Below, one piece after another: positions 63,763 through 64,000 of a DNA stretch of 64,000 bases. Source of the stretch: a virus; the IMG/VR virus record IMGVR_UViG_3300047476_001657, positions 29,304 to 93,303 of that record; one strand, given 5' to 3'. Both the position numbers and the translations under genes were made by a program. The notes beneath the pieces were generated by a model, which worked only from the letters and a program-made list of their open reading frames with translations, made no database searches and was not told the DNA's origin. Each line of letters begins with the position of its first letter. Position 1 is the stretch's first letter.

Positions 63763-63790
63763 TTCTCCATAAGTTAATTCTTATGGAGAA
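63763..63790 (+). promoter_or_regulatory. 11-bp hairpin containing the next start codon
   Basis: TTCTCCATAAG-ttaatt-CTTATGGAGAA. Confidence 0.65.
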
Positions 63791-64000
63791 TTTTTTTAAT
63801 TACATAACAAAGCCCATTCCACCTGATGAAGTGGAAATTTATTTCAGAGTTAATAATATGATTCCTGAAAAAATGGAATTATTTTCTGATTTCTGTCAAT
63901 CACTAAATTTATTAGTATTTGAAACTTATTTGGGAGAACAAAAAGATAGGAATGAAACTAAAATACATTTATCTGAAGAGGATAATATAAAACATTTTGA
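63783..64000 (+). CDS. Hypothetical protein, 3' truncated by window
   Basis: MENFFNYITKPIPPDEVEIYF..., open to the end of the window. Confidence 0.7.
   Translation, partial: MENFFNYITKPIPPDEVEIYFRVNNMIPEKMELFSDFCQSLNLLVFETYLGEQKDRNETKIHLSEEDNIKHF

Noticed and set aside
1-64000. Alternative genetic code (TAG/TGA recoding) as in some large phages
   Set aside because: Code 11 gives full-length, tightly packed genes. TAG and TGA act as real stops (e.g. 5130, 13769, 55075, 59227) followed closely by new starts.
1-64000. CRISPR array, tRNA or rRNA genes
   Set aside because: Intergenic gaps are short. I saw no regularly spaced repeat-spacer units or cloverleaf-like sequences; the periodic sequences lie inside coding repeats.

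Overview
64 kb of a large, AT-rich, contractile-tailed (T4-superfamily-like, probably jumbo) bacteriophage using genetic code 11. The host is most likely Bacteroidota: there is a perfect TTTG-N19-TAnnTTTG promoter, a Bacteroidota-type short sigma-70, SprB-repeat and DUF6576-like modules, nrdB-nrdA gene order, and A-rich leaders that almost all lack Shine-Dalgarno sequences. Layout: replication block (SSB, RecA, C5-methyltransferase, 5'-3' exonuclease, helicase, RNR; 2.2-11.4 kb); two convergent baseplate/tail/fibre operons (11.5-29.2 kb on +, 41.8-29.2 kb on -) rich in Cys, Pro-Thr linkers and SprB, PKD, BspA-like and YadA-like repeats; primase/nuclease block; a ~10 kb accessory region separating the Mre11-like and Rad50-like genes; then a sigma factor, a putative lysis cassette and putative head-associated proteins. 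Most notable observations: (1) a methyltransferase + PD-(D/E)xK nuclease cassette bounded by a synonymously diverged 39-bp duplication of the neighbouring gene's 3' end, with a perfect 40-bp palindrome inside; (2) a readable three-class promoter set (host-type, ATTTGACAA-N16-TAnnwTwS, and a late TATTTAT motif that is the reverse complement of the T4 late box); (3) a C5-methyltransferase in the replication operon that ends in a QLSLF sliding-clamp motif; (4) hairpins burying the start codons of two GIY-YIG nucleases; (5) an alveolin-like repeat protein. No tRNA, rRNA or CRISPR array was seen. All family assignments come from motifs read by eye, not from database searches.
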